From: Eubacteriales bacterium
Lineage (GTDB): Bacteria > Bacillota > Clostridia > Oscillospirales > CAG-272
Direction: 5' to 3'
Length of the DNA stretch: 64,000 bases
Assembly: GCA_045653505.1 (NCBI GenBank)
Contig: JAZOLZ010000037.1
Span: 25,263 to 89,262 of the forward strand
A model generated the notes under the pieces. The model was given only the letters and a program-made list of their open reading frames with translations. It had not been told where the DNA came from and ran no database searches. This document shows, piece after piece, positions 20,126-29,818 of the stretch. Both the position numbers and the translations under genes were made by a program. How positions within the stretch are numbered: position 1 is the stretch's first letter; every line of letters starts with the position of its first letter.

Positions 20126-21397
20126 TTATCTCTTTACCCCTACTCTGCCCTGCGGTAAGCTCTCAAGATAACCCTTGAGTTCAAGTTTCAGCACCGCGCG
20201 CATGATAGTACGAATATCGAGATCGTCGCTGACAAGAGTGTCAAGCACTGCGCCGCCGTCGGGAATTCTTTTATAAACTTCAAGATATTCCTGCCCAAGG
20301 GCGCTTATTTCTGCTTCACTCCTTTTTCTGTCAAAAGAAACGGAGTTGTTTTCTGTCTTTATCTTTACTGTATCTTCTGTATTTACATCAGATTTCTTTT
20401 TTGACTTGCCTGGCTTGAAAAGTTTATCCGATGGAGTAAGCGCACAAACCTTATATTCGGTAAGAGCCGCTTCAATATCATATTCACTCCTCTTTGGCAG
20501 TTTGTGCGGATTTAATGCGCCGAACGAAGCATCTAAAAAATCACGTATAAGATCGTCTGCGCTCATTATTGTCCTTGCACCCTCACGCAAAAGTACGTTT
20601 GGTAAAAGACTGCTCACCGAGTCAACGTTGCCCGGGAGTGCATACACGACTTTACCCTGCTCCTTAGCATATCTTGCGCTGATAAGAGCGCCGCTACGCT
20701 CCTTGCCCTCAATTACCACAGTTGCGCTTGAGAGCGCGGTAACTATACGGTTACGCATCGGGAAAGTATAGCGCGTAGGCTCAGCACCCGGAGCAAATTC
20801 TGTTATTACACAGCCGCTTTTAACTATTGAACGCGCTAGGGTAAGATGCTCCTCTGGATAGCAGATATCAATACCCGAGCCAAGCACGGCAACGGTAATA
20901 CCACCTGCCTTAAGAGCTGCGGCGTGCGCAACACCGTCAACCCCTATTGCCATACCCGATACTATAACCGAGCCCGCTATGGCTAAGTCGTGTGAAATGG
21001 AAAATGCCATTTTCTTACCGTAATCACTGAGGCGGCGTGTACCTACAACCGAGGTGTAAAAGCCCGAGTTGAAGTCGGGTAAAATACCGCGGCAATAAAG
21101 AATTACCGGTGGATTTTTAATCTGCCTAAGTGAGCACGGATAGGCTGTATCATTATATTCTAAGAGTTTAACGCCCCTCTTTATGCAAAAAGAGTGAATA
21201 TCACTTGCTCTTGTAAGATCTTTATCAAGAAGTGCATCTATATCGCTGTTGCGTGAACCAAGTATACGCTTAAGCTCATATTCATCAAGCTCGTAAATCA
21301 CCCTTGGATTTTTATATTGATCAATAAGTTTTTTAAAGGTGGTCTTTGTCGGAGTACAGCAAAGGGATAGCCATATTGAATAAACCTGTCCGTCCAT
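20126..21397 (-). CDS. dprA: DNA-processing protein DprA
   Basis: VVGTR, VSGMAxGVD, FPMRNRI, SGALISA, C-terminal winged helix; upstream of topA. Confidence 0.95.
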   Translation of the reverse strand: MDGQVYSIWLSLCCTPTKTTFKKLIDQYKNPRVIYELDEYELKRILGSRNSDIDALLDKDLTRASDIHSFCIKRGVKLLEYNDTAYPCSLRQIKNPPVILYCRGILPDFNSGFYTSVVGTRRLSDYGKKMAFSISHDLAIAGSVIVSGMAIGVDGVAHAAALKAGGITVAVLGSGIDICYPEEHLTLARSIVKSGCVITEFAPGAEPTRYTFPMRNRIVTALSSATVVIEGKERSGALISARYAKEQGKVVYALPGNVDSVSSLLPNVLLREGARTIMSADDLIRDFLDASFGALNPHKLPKRSEYDIEAALTEYKVCALTPSDKLFKPGKSKKKSDVNTEDTVKIKTENNSVSFDRKRSEAEISALGQEYLEVYKRIPDGGAVLDTLVSDDLDIRTIMRAVLKLELKGYLESLPQGRVGVKR

Positions 21398-21415
21398 ATA
21401 AGACCTCCTAAAAAA

Positions 21416-22249
21416 TTAACGTTTTGACTGCTCGTAGATAAAAATAGAGGCCGCAACCGAGGCATTAAGCGACTCGGTACCCTCGCATATCGGTATATAA
21501 ATACTACCGTCGCAAAGAGATGAAAATATAGGATCTATACCGTGACCCTCGTTGCCTATGACAACTATATCGCCGGACTTAAGATCGGAGTCGGCAAGAC
21601 TTACTGCCCCCTCCCTGAGTTCTGCCGCATATACCCTGCGGCCGTTAGCGTGAGCGGCGCCGATAAGACTGCAAAAATCATCTGTCACAGTAGCCTTAAG
21701 CGAGAAAAGACCGCCCATAGCACTGCGAATGGTTTTTGGATTATAAAGGTCAGCACAGTCGGATGAAAGCAAAAGATGATTTACCCCAAAGGCAGCCGCG
21801 CTACGGATGATAGCGCCAAGATTACCCGGATCCCTTACCGACATAAGGGCAAGAAAACGTGAGGATACGTCATTTTCAAACTCTTCATTATTTATTATAT
21901 ACACCCTACGGAAAAAGTCAAGATATTTTGCTACCGTAACTATGCCCTGAGGCGCTTTTTCGGTGCTTATTTTTTCAAATGCCTCCTGCCCTAAAACAAT
22001 AATACGGCAACTTGAATAGGCTGTAGATGAAAGCGCATTTTTCACCTCATCCCCTTTGTCCTTATAGTAATCTTCGCTTACAAGGACATATTCAATTGGA
22101 ATATTTTTAGCAAGCATTTCAGAAAACAACTTTTCACCCTCTGCGATAAAAAGCCCGTTTTTTTCTCTGCCCTTTTTGTCCTTTAAGGATGCAAAAAGCT
22201 TTACAAGATCGTTTGCACGACTCCTTATTACGTCCTCTCTTACTATCAT
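21416..22249 (-). CDS. TrmH/SpoU family RNA 2'-O-methyltransferase
   Basis: DPGNLGAIIRSA, GNEGHG, ESLNAS; start at ATG 22249 after GAGGTG. Confidence 0.9.
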   Translation of the reverse strand: MIVREDVIRSRANDLVKLFASLKDKKGREKNGLFIAEGEKLFSEMLAKNIPIEYVLVSEDYYKDKGDEVKNALSSTAYSSCRIIVLGQEAFEKISTEKAPQGIVTVAKYLDFFRRVYIINNEEFENDVSSRFLALMSVRDPGNLGAIIRSAAAFGVNHLLLSSDCADLYNPKTIRSAMGGLFSLKATVTDDFCSLIGAAHANGRRVYAAELREGAVSLADSDLKSGDIVVIGNEGHGIDPIFSSLCDGSIYIPICEGTESLNASVAASIFIYEQSKR

Positions 22250-22279
22250 AAGCACCTCGATTTTTTTACATACATTGTT

Positions 22280-22308
22280 ATTTTAACAGAAATATAACAA
22301 AAAGTCTA
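22280..22308 (-). promoter_or_regulatory. SigA-type promoter of the trmH-dprA-topA operon
   Basis: TAGACT-17 nt-TAAAAT with TG extension on minus strand. Confidence 0.55.
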
Positions 22309-22478
22309 TACTTTTAAATAAAATTCTTTAAATAATATAAATAAATTTATTTTGCGAGCGCATAGCACTCACAGGCGCGAGGTAAAAAAACAAAAAAAGT
22401 CGGCACTTCCTTTTCAAAAAGAAACGCAGACTTTTTTTGTTTTTTAGAAAAATATTTTTTTGATTTTCAGAAGAAAAA

Positions 22479-22534
22479 ATAAAAAAACACGCATATATGC
22501 AAACCTGTAGTTTACATTTTGCGTGTTTTTTTAT
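22479..22534 (-). terminator. Terminator after rplT
   Basis: ATAAAAAAACACGCA...TGCGTGTTTTTTTAT inverted repeat just after the stop. Confidence 0.75.
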
Positions 22535-22544
22535 CCATTAGGCA

Positions 22545-22928
22545 TTAAACAGACTTTGCACCCTGAGTATCAACTGTAGCGCCGCCCATTACCTTCTCGC
22601 AGATAGCTGCAAACGCTGCCTTATCAGAAACTGCAAGTTCTGCAAGCATCTTACGGTTAAGGTCGATACCTGCAAGCTTAAGACCGTGCATAAGCTTGGA
22701 GTAGTTAATACCGTTAACCTTTGCCTGTGCTGAAATTCTTGTGATCCAAAGAGAACGGAAGTCTCTCTTCTTCATCTTTCTGCCGGCGAAAGCATAGTTA
22801 CCGCTCTTGAGAACGGCCTGCTTAGCCATCTTAAAATGCTTGGATTTTGCACCCCAGTAGCCCTTAGCTGCCTTGAGTATGCTCTTTCTTCTCTTGCGCG
22901 TCATTAAAGCGCCCTTTACTCTTGCCAT
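22545..22928 (-). CDS. rplT: 50S ribosomal protein L20
   Basis: [27 protein letters not shown]. Confidence 0.98.
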   Translation of the reverse strand: MARVKGALMTRKRRKSILKAAKGYWGAKSKHFKMAKQAVLKSGNYAFAGRKMKKRDFRSLWITRISAQAKVNGINYSKLMHGLKLAGIDLNRKMLAELAVSDKAAFAAICEKVMGGATVDTQGAKSV

Positions 22929-22959
22929 TTTATATTATCCTCCAATTTTCTCTTTTTAA

Positions 22960-23154
22960 TCACTTAGCGATAAGTGAGCGGTAGATGGGTGCGAAGCTCT
23001 CTGAGAGAATAGCGCCCTTGCGAAGATTTCTCTTGCGCTTTGAGGTCTTGTGACCAAGATTGTGACGGTGGTTGTTGTGGTTCATCTTTACTTTGCCGCT
23101 ACCTGTAAGAGAAAATCTCTTGGAAGCTGCCTTGTGTGTCTTGATTTTTCCCAT
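22960..23154 (-). CDS. rpmI: 50S ribosomal protein L35
   Basis: [19 protein letters not shown]; between infC and rplT. Confidence 0.97.
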   Translation of the reverse strand: MGKIKTHKAASKRFSLTGSGKVKMNHNNHRHNLGHKTSKRKRNLRKGAILSESFAPIYRSLIAK

Positions 23155-23184
23155 TTTATTTCTCCTTTTGGGTTTAACCCATAT

Positions 23185-23739
23185 TTAATTTGCTTTTTTG
23201 TTTTCTGCCTTCTTATCCTGCTTTACAGGTGAAAGCACGATAGACATATATCTACCGTCAAGTACAGGCTTTTTCTCGGACGCGCCGATGCCTGCCAAGG
23301 ATTCCTGGAACTTTAAGATTACCTCTCTGCCAAGTTCCTGGTGAGACATTTCTCTACCCTTGAAGCGTACTACCGCTTTTACCTTGTTACCCTCTAAGAG
23401 GAACTTTTTAGCCTGGTTAACACGTGTGTCAAAGTCGTGCTGCTCGATACGGCAGGAAAGCTGAATTTCCTTTACCTTAACGATAACCTGCTTTTTCTTT
23501 GCCTCTTTTTCTTTCTTATCACGTTCGAAACAGAACTTACCGTAGTCGATAGCACGGCATACAGGGGGCTCTGCATTGGGAGCGATAAGAACAAGGTCAA
23601 CGCCCTGATTATAGGCGTACTGGCGAGCATCCTCAATCTTCATAATACCAAGCTGCTCGTTTGCGGAACCGATAACTCTGACCTCGCTGACTTTTATTGC
23701 CTCGTTAATAGGCAATTCCTTAGTGTTGTTTGCGCTAAT
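23185..23739 (-). CDS. infC: Translation initiation factor IF-3 (ATT start)
   Basis: INEAI..EVRVI, PPVC..DYGKF, FKGRE; GGAGGT RBS 8 nt before in-frame ATT at 23739. Confidence 0.95.
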   Translation of the reverse strand: MSANNTKELPINEAIKVSEVRVIGSANEQLGIMKIEDARQYAYNQGVDLVLIAPNAEPPVCRAIDYGKFCFERDKKEKEAKKKQVIVKVKEIQLSCRIEQHDFDTRVNQAKKFLLEGNKVKAVVRFKGREMSHQELGREVILKFQESLAGIGASEKKPVLDGRYMSIVLSPVKQDKKAENKKAN

Positions 23740-23756
23740 GGCTTTGTACCTCCAAA

Positions 23757-23876
23757 AAATAAAAAATGCATACAGAAAAATCCGTACGCATAACACTACC
23801 CCCATAAGATTGGGCATAAAGGCTATTAACCATAACGCACTCTTGTGGTATGGTGAGAACGGAAATTCTGCTTTGT
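23757..23876 (-). ncRNA. L20 leader (r-protein autoregulatory attenuator)
   Basis: AAGCAGAA..CCGTTCTCACC 5' motif, terminator ATGCGTACGGA-TTTT-TCTGTATGCAT + U-run, upstream of infC-rpmI-rplT. Confidence 0.8.
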
Positions 23877-23893
23877 TTTTTTAATCCTCGATG

Positions 23894-23922
23894 ATTATAA
23901 CAGACTTTTTCTGCTTTGTCAA
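23894..23922 (-). promoter_or_regulatory. SigA promoter of infC operon
   Basis: Perfect TTGACA-17 nt-TATAAT with TG extension. Confidence 0.9.
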
Positions 23923-24001
23923 TACCCTTTCGCAAAAAAAGATGAGTTTTTTCAAAATATGAGAAAAAGTGAATTTTATTTAAATATTTTTGTTTTATAT
24001 A

Positions 24002-24030
24002 TGGACTTTTAGATTGACTTATGCTATAAT
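24002..24030 (+). promoter_or_regulatory. Probable SigA promoter of lon operon
   Basis: TGGACT-17 nt-TATAAT with TGn extended -10. Confidence 0.55.
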
Positions 24031-24125
24031 GTATGATAATTGTGTTATTATGCCCTTTTTTATCTACTTTTAGTTAAGCTGACCACAAATGCGGTTGTCA
24101 CGGTATATAACGCAAAAACGCACCC

Positions 24126-24405
24126 TAGGCAAGAGAGAATAACACTAACTCGCTATAAAGGCCTGAATTTTCAGCGCTTTAGGCACTTATCTCTCTTGCA
24201 AAGTTTTTACTTGGCTGCGAGAGCCAAGCACCAAAATCATCTTAAAATTCACGGCTTTAGAGTTCTACGAATTTTAAAAAGAACAAATTTCTCATAAGAC
24301 AAGGTTAAAATTTGAAGTAATATGCGGATATTACAAGAATTTTTACCGCAGTATTATAAAAAAATTGTCTTTTAAAAACGGGTTCGTATTATTCTCTCTT
24401 GCCTA
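24126..24405. repeat. 280-bp element with terminal inverted repeats (MITE-like or structured leader RNA)
   Basis: TAGGCAAGAGAGAATAA (24126-24142) is the exact reverse complement of 24389-24405, extendable to 27 bp imperfect; CCC on both flanks; several internal hairpins. Confidence 0.7.
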
Positions 24406-24424
24406 CCCGAAAGGACCCCGAAAA

Positions 24425-26755
24425 ATGAGCGAAAATATTACCACATACACAGAGATGAGCCTGCCTCTTATTGCTTTAAGAGGTATTACAGCCTTCCCTG
24501 CCGTACAAATGAATATAGAAATAATGCGTCCTATCTCGCTTAAGGCCTTTACCGCCGCGGCAACAATGCACGACGCAAGAGTTTTTCTCACAACGCAAAA
24601 GGATATTGCCGTTGAAAGCCCTGCTGAAAAGGATCTTTACAAGGTTGGTGTTCTGGCACAGATAAAGCACGTTGTTAAAAACCCACACGGTAATCTTACG
24701 GTTGTATTTGAGGGTCTGGCAAGAGCAAAATTTGAAGAAATTTCAATGAATGATGGCTACTTTACAGCCAGCGCAAAAATAAAGCGTGAGGCGCAGAGCG
24801 TTAAGACAACGCCCGAGATCTCGGCGCTTATGTTTGACGTTAAGTCAATGCTCAAGGACCTTTCACAGATACACCCTACCTTTACGGATGAGATGAGAAT
24901 GTCCGCCGAGGCGATAAACGCCCCCGGCTATCTTGCCGATTTTGTTGCCTCAAGCGCAGTTATAGATTATAAGAACAAGCAGAGCGTACTTGAGGCCTTT
25001 ACAGCAAAGACAAGGCTCGAAAAGTTGCTTGTAGCACTCGCCGAGGAGGCTATGCTCTTAAATTGCGAGCAGGATATCCAGAAGCAGGTAAGAGAAAAGA
25101 TTGACAAAAGCCAGAAGGACTACTTCTTAAGAGAGCAAATAAGAGCCATGCAAGCCGAACTTGGCGAGGATGACGAGGACGAGATAAGCGAATATGAAAG
25201 AAGAATTAAGGAGGCATCCTTACCCGAAAGTGTAAGAGAAAAACTCTTTAAAGAACTTTCAAAGTTAGCTAAGACACCCTTTGGCGCGGCCGAGGGTACT
25301 GTTATCCGCTCATATCTTGATACCTGCCTCGACTTCCCCTTTGGCAAAAAAACTAAGGAAAAGGTAAGCGTCAAGGAGGCCAGAAAGGTACTTGACAAAG
25401 ACCACGACGGCCTTAAAAAGGTCAAGGAAAGAATACTTGAATTTGTTGCTGTAAAGCAATTCTCACCCGACGTTAAAAACCAGATTATATGCCTTGTCGG
25501 CCCTCCCGGTGTCGGTAAAACCTCTGTTGCGGCATCAATTGCCGCAGCGCTCAAGCGCAAGTACGCAAGAGTGTCTCTTGGCGGTATGCACGATGAGGCC
25601 GAGATAAGAGGCCACAGAAAGACATACGTAGGCGCTATGCCAGGCAGAATAGTTAACGCCCTTATCGGCGCTAAGGTTGAAAACCCCGTTATAGTGCTTG
25701 ACGAGATAGATAAGATGGCCAAGGACTTCCGCGGTGACCCTACAAGCGCGCTGCTTGAGGTGCTTGACCCTGAGCAGAACAAGTATTTCCGCGATAATTT
25801 TATGGAGATGCCTATCGACCTCTCCGACTGCTTCTTTATCGCAACGGCAAACGATTACAGCGGTATTCCCCTGCCCCTTATGGACCGTATGGAGATTATC
25901 GAGCTTTCAACCTATACCGATGCGGAAAAGCTTGCTATTGCAAAAAATCATCTTTTGCCTAAGCAACTGAAGAAAAACGGTATAAGCAAAAAACAGTTCA
26001 GAATAAGCGATGCAGCCATACTTATGCTCATTAAGGGATATACTAAGGAGGCCGGTGTAAGAAATCTTGAAAGAGAGATAGCATCACTTATAAGAAAGGC
26101 GGCCAAAAAACTCGCTGAGGAGGGTGGTAAATCCGTAAGCGTTACCGAGAAAAATCTCACAGATTTCCTCAGCAAGATAAAGATATTGCCCGAAAAACTC
26201 GATAAGTGCGACCCAATAGGCGTTGTAAACGGCCTTGCGTATACCCAAAGCGGCGGCGACCTTTTAAAGGTTGAGGTTGCGGTTATGGACGGCACCGGCA
26301 AAATAGAGCTCACAGGCTCACTTGGTGAGGTTATGAAGGAGTCGGCAAAGATTGCTCATTCCTACGTAAGAACGGTTGCCGAAAGATATGCTATAAGCTC
26401 TGATTTTTATAAGAGCAAAGACATACACATCCACTTCCCCGAGGGCGCTATTCCAAAGGATGGCCCAAGTGCCGGCGTAACGATGGTTACAGCTATAACA
26501 AGCGCGCTCGGAGGTTTGCCTGTAAAGCGCGACGTGGCTATGACGGGTGAGGTTACCTTAAGAGGCGAGGTATTGCCTATAGGAGGTCTTAAGGAAAAGA
26601 CGCTTGCGGCATACCGCGCAGGTATAAAGACGGTTATTATCCCTGAAGATAACTTAAGAGATCTTGATGATATTGATACAGAGGCAAGAGCGCATCTTAA
26701 CTTTATACCAGTCAAAAATGTAAATGAAGTTTTACATAATGCCCTTAATATCTAA
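24425..26755 (+). CDS. lon: ATP-dependent protease La
   Basis: LPLIALRG, GPPGVGKTS, LDEIDK, PKDGPSAG, IGGLKEK; start placed at ATG 24425. Confidence 0.96.
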   Translation: MSENITTYTEMSLPLIALRGITAFPAVQMNIEIMRPISLKAFTAAATMHDARVFLTTQKDIAVESPAEKDLYKVGVLAQIKHVVKNPHGNLTVVFEGLARAKFEEISMNDGYFTASAKIKREAQSVKTTPEISALMFDVKSMLKDLSQIHPTFTDEMRMSAEAINAPGYLADFVASSAVIDYKNKQSVLEAFTAKTRLEKLLVALAEEAMLLNCEQDIQKQVREKIDKSQKDYFLREQIRAMQAELGEDDEDEISEYERRIKEASLPESVREKLFKELSKLAKTPFGAAEGTVIRSYLDTCLDFPFGKKTKEKVSVKEARKVLDKDHDGLKKVKERILEFVAVKQFSPDVKNQIICLVGPPGVGKTSVAASIAAALKRKYARVSLGGMHDEAEIRGHRKTYVGAMPGRIVNALIGAKVENPVIVLDEIDKMAKDFRGDPTSALLEVLDPEQNKYFRDNFMEMPIDLSDCFFIATANDYSGIPLPLMDRMEIIELSTYTDAEKLAIAKNHLLPKQLKKNGISKKQFRISDAAILMLIKGYTKEAGVRNLEREIASLIRKAAKKLAEEGGKSVSVTEKNLTDFLSKIKILPEKLDKCDPIGVVNGLAYTQSGGDLLKVEVAVMDGTGKIELTGSLGEVMKESAKIAHSYVRTVAERYAISSDFYKSKDIHIHFPEGAIPKDGPSAGVTMVTAITSALGGLPVKRDVAMTGEVTLRGEVLPIGGLKEKTLAAYRAGIKTVIIPEDNLRDLDDIDTEARAHLNFIPVKNVNEVLHNALNI

Positions 26756-26770
26756 AAACAGGAGGCGTTT

Positions 26771-27373
26771 ATGAAATTCAATACCAATAATGCCGATATA
26801 GTTTTAAGCGTGGGCAATTCAAGGCAGTTCCCAAAAGAGGCAAGAGCTCAGATAGCGCTTTCCGGCCGCTCGAACGTAGGAAAAAGCTCACTTATAAACA
26901 CCCTGCTTAACAGAAAATCGCTTGCAAGAGTTTCTTCAACTCCGGGCAAGACTATTACGATAAATTATTATAATATCGACAAGAAGTTCTATCTTGTTGA
27001 CCTGCCCGGCTACGGCTATGCAAAAAGGGCGGGAGATAAGAAAATGTCGTTCAGCACTCTTACTGAGGAGTATTTTACAAAGAACCCCTCAAGCGATGCG
27101 CTCAAACTCGTTTTACAGCTTATCGACATAAGAACGGGCCCTACGGACGACGATATTATGATGATAAACTTCCTTATTGACAACGGCATACCTTTTAAGG
27201 TGGTTGCCACTAAGTGCGACAAGCTCTCAAAATCCCAACTTGATAAGGCTCTTAACGATATTTACGAGAACGTATTTAAGGGCACGGATATTGAGATAAT
27301 CCCCTTTTCTTCCGTAAGTAAGATGGGTAGAAACGAACTCCTTGCGCTTATAGAAAATAAGGTTTTTTGCTGA
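26771..27373 (+). CDS. engB: Ribosome biogenesis GTPase YsxC/EngB
   Basis: GRSNVGKSS, PGKT, DLPGYG, TKCDK; follows lon. Confidence 0.95.
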   Translation: MKFNTNNADIVLSVGNSRQFPKEARAQIALSGRSNVGKSSLINTLLNRKSLARVSSTPGKTITINYYNIDKKFYLVDLPGYGYAKRAGDKKMSFSTLTEEYFTKNPSSDALKLVLQLIDIRTGPTDDDIMMINFLIDNGIPFKVVATKCDKLSKSQLDKALNDIYENVFKGTDIEIIPFSSVSKMGRNELLALIENKVFC

Positions 27374-27392
27374 CGGCTTATAGGAGAGTATA

Positions 27393-28151
27393 ATGTTTGA
27401 TGATATAAATTCCCTTTTGCTATCTGCCCTTGCCGCACTGCTCTGCCTTACTGTGCATGAGTTTTGCCACGGGCTTGTAGCCGACAAACTCGGCGACCCG
27501 ACTGCGAGAAGTCTTGGAAGACTTAGTCTTAACCCCATTAAGCATCTTGACCTCTTTGGCACGCTTTCAATGATACTCTTCCGCTTTGGATGGGCAAAGC
27601 CGGTGCCTGTAAATACCAGGTATTTTAAAAAACCTAAACGCGATTTTGCCCTGGTTGCCCTTGCAGGTCCTTTATCAAATATACTTATGGGCTTTTTCAC
27701 AGTGCCGATTTTACTCGGCCTTCAAAACCTTTTTGCGCCCATTATTTTCTCATCAAGCAGTGAAGTCATCGGCAGTGTATGGTACAATTTCTGCATCAAT
27801 ACAATAATATTCCTTACCGTATTCCACGTGATGAATATAGGTCTTGGTATTTTCAATCTTATTCCCGTGCCACCCTTTGACGGCTCAAGACTTATAAACG
27901 TCATACTGCCCGAAAGGATTTACTTTAAGGTAATGGAGTACGAAAGATACATTTACTGGGGAGTTATCGGCTGGCTATTCATCGGCGATTACGTGACAAG
28001 CGCGCTGCTCAGCGTACCATTTATTGCGACAAACCCGGTGCTCTCGACTATTGCGTGCGTATTTTCACTCTCGGATATGCTACAGCTTGCGGCAGGCTAT
28101 CTCTCGAGTTTTATGATATGGCTCTGGCGCCTTATTCCCATATTTAACTAA
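27393..28151 (+). CDS. Site-2 protease family (M50) membrane metalloprotease
   Basis: HEFCH, GDPT, AGPLSN, NLIPVPPFDG. Confidence 0.9.
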   Translation: MFDDINSLLLSALAALLCLTVHEFCHGLVADKLGDPTARSLGRLSLNPIKHLDLFGTLSMILFRFGWAKPVPVNTRYFKKPKRDFALVALAGPLSNILMGFFTVPILLGLQNLFAPIIFSSSSEVIGSVWYNFCINTIIFLTVFHVMNIGLGIFNLIPVPPFDGSRLINVILPERIYFKVMEYERYIYWGVIGWLFIGDYVTSALLSVPFIATNPVLSTIACVFSLSDMLQLAAGYLSSFMIWLWRLIPIFN

Positions 28152-28173
28152 TTAACTTTACGAGGTTATTTTA

Positions 28174-29010
28174 ATGTCTGAACAGATTACCTACCGACTT
28201 GACGTCTTTGACGGTCCTCTTGATTTGCTCCTTGAGCTTATCAAGAAAAACAAGGTCTCTATTACCGATATTCCGATAGCGCTTATTTGCGACCAATATA
28301 TGGAATATATCGAGGCAGCACAGAAAATGGACCTTGAGGTTGCGACTGAATTTATTGTTATGGCGAGCGACCTTATGCTCATAAAATCAAAAATGATCCT
28401 GCCTCACGAAGAGGGTACTGAGAACGACCCCAGACGCGAGATACAGAATGCGCTGCTGCTCTATCAGCAGGCTAAGGAGGCCGCTAAGAATATGCAGCCG
28501 CTTTACGATGAATTTTCACAGCGCTTTATAAAGGATACAGACGAGGTTCCGCCCGAAAGAGGTCTGCCTATGAACCTTGATACCGAGCTTTTAATGAAGG
28601 CGCTTAACTCGGTTATGAAGCGAATGAAAATCGCAAACGAGGAGAAAAACCCCACTGAACTGGTTAACCCCCTTATCAAGCATAAGGTGGTATCGGTTGA
28701 GGAAAAGATAAACGAGATATGCGATTACCTTGAAAATAGCGGCGAACTGAGTCTATATGACTTGCTTGTTGTTGCAGACTCACGCCCCGAACTTATTGCA
28801 CGCTTTATGGGTGTGCTTGAACTTATTAAGCTGGGGCGTATTAAGATAACTACGGTAAAGTACGTTGAGGACATTATCGAGTATGAGGAAAGAGGCCTTG
28901 AGATGCGCTTTATCCTCAACCCCGATTACGTACCGCCTGAAGATGGCGCAGAAAGTGAATTTGATTCCAAACCCGAGGAAGAAAAGGAAGAGGACAGTAC
29001 AAATGAGTGA
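28174..29010 (+). CDS. scpA: Segregation and condensation protein A (kleisin)
   Basis: FDGPLDLLLELI, IKSKMILP, FMGVLELIK. Confidence 0.93.
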   Translation: MSEQITYRLDVFDGPLDLLLELIKKNKVSITDIPIALICDQYMEYIEAAQKMDLEVATEFIVMASDLMLIKSKMILPHEEGTENDPRREIQNALLLYQQAKEAAKNMQPLYDEFSQRFIKDTDEVPPERGLPMNLDTELLMKALNSVMKRMKIANEEKNPTELVNPLIKHKVVSVEEKINEICDYLENSGELSLYDLLVVADSRPELIARFMGVLELIKLGRIKITTVKYVEDIIEYEERGLEMRFILNPDYVPPEDGAESEFDSKPEEEKEEDSTNE

Positions 29011-29800
29011 AAATAACGAGATTTTGGAAACTAAAGTTGACGAAAACGAGGAATTAGAGCCTGCAAGAGAAATAGTTTTTGAGGAGGCGCTTGAGGCAAT
29101 TTTATTTGCCGCAGGCTATCCCGTATCCTATGCAACGCTTGCAAAGGTCTTTAATATGACGCCAACTCAGACAAAGAACAGAGTTATAGATTACGCAATA
29201 AAATACAATAATTCAAATGAGATTGTAAGAGGTGTAAACCTTTTACTCTACCCGGACTCCTGCCAACTCTCTACCAAGCAGTATTATCTGCCCGAGATAC
29301 GCGCGGCTCTGGGTGTAAAAAAGACCGGCTCTCTTTCTACCAGCGCTCTTGAGACGCTTGCTATTGTTGCATACAACCAGCCTACCACAAGAGCCTTTGT
29401 GGACGCACTGCGCCGCGTTGATTCATCCTACCAGATGACAAGCCTTGTAGACCGCGGACTTATCGAGTGCGTGGGCAGACTTGACGCGCCCGGCAGACCT
29501 ATGCTCTACGGCACAACATCTGCCTTTTTGCGTTGCTTTGGTCTTGCAGGTCTTGATGCACTGCCTGAGACAAGCGAGGAACTTATCGCCCTGTTTGAAA
29601 AGACCAAAAAGGAGCAAGAGGAAGAGATGATGCAGCAAGAGGCTGAACAGCTCTCTATTGACGACCTTATGGATGAGGGTATACATAGCGTAAACGTACC
29701 TGACGATGCTGAAAATGACACTGCGGCTGACAAGGCACAGGACAGCACTGAGCCCGAATACGATGAGGCAGGCGTTGAGGACGATATCAGTTATGAATAA
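29003..29800 (+). CDS. scpB: Segregation and condensation protein B
   Basis: EAILFAAG, ALETLAIVAYNQP, GRPMLYGTT..FL; start at ATG 29003. Confidence 0.93.
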   Translation: MSENNEILETKVDENEELEPAREIVFEEALEAILFAAGYPVSYATLAKVFNMTPTQTKNRVIDYAIKYNNSNEIVRGVNLLLYPDSCQLSTKQYYLPEIRAALGVKKTGSLSTSALETLAIVAYNQPTTRAFVDALRRVDSSYQMTSLVDRGLIECVGRLDAPGRPMLYGTTSAFLRCFGLAGLDALPETSEELIALFEKTKKEQEEEMMQQEAEQLSIDDLMDEGIHSVNVPDDAENDTAADKAQDSTEPEYDEAGVEDDISYE

Positions 29801-29818
29801 ATGATTTAAGGAGACACT

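Noticed and set aside
22362-22388. CIRCE-like ATAGCACTC half-site
   Set aside because: Second half (GAGTGCTAA at N9) is absent and no heat-shock gene follows.
24001-24019. Possible CtsR heptad pair (ATGGACT/ATTGACT) at the lon promoter
   Set aside because: Spacing is 5 rather than 3 nt and both heptads deviate from consensus.
24040-24297. 85-aa ORF in the lon leader
   Set aside because: TTG start with no RBS, no motifs, and it overlaps the inverted-repeat element.
28865-29002. N-terminal extension of scpB in the ORF track
   Set aside because: Overlaps scpA; the RBS-supported start is ATG 29003.
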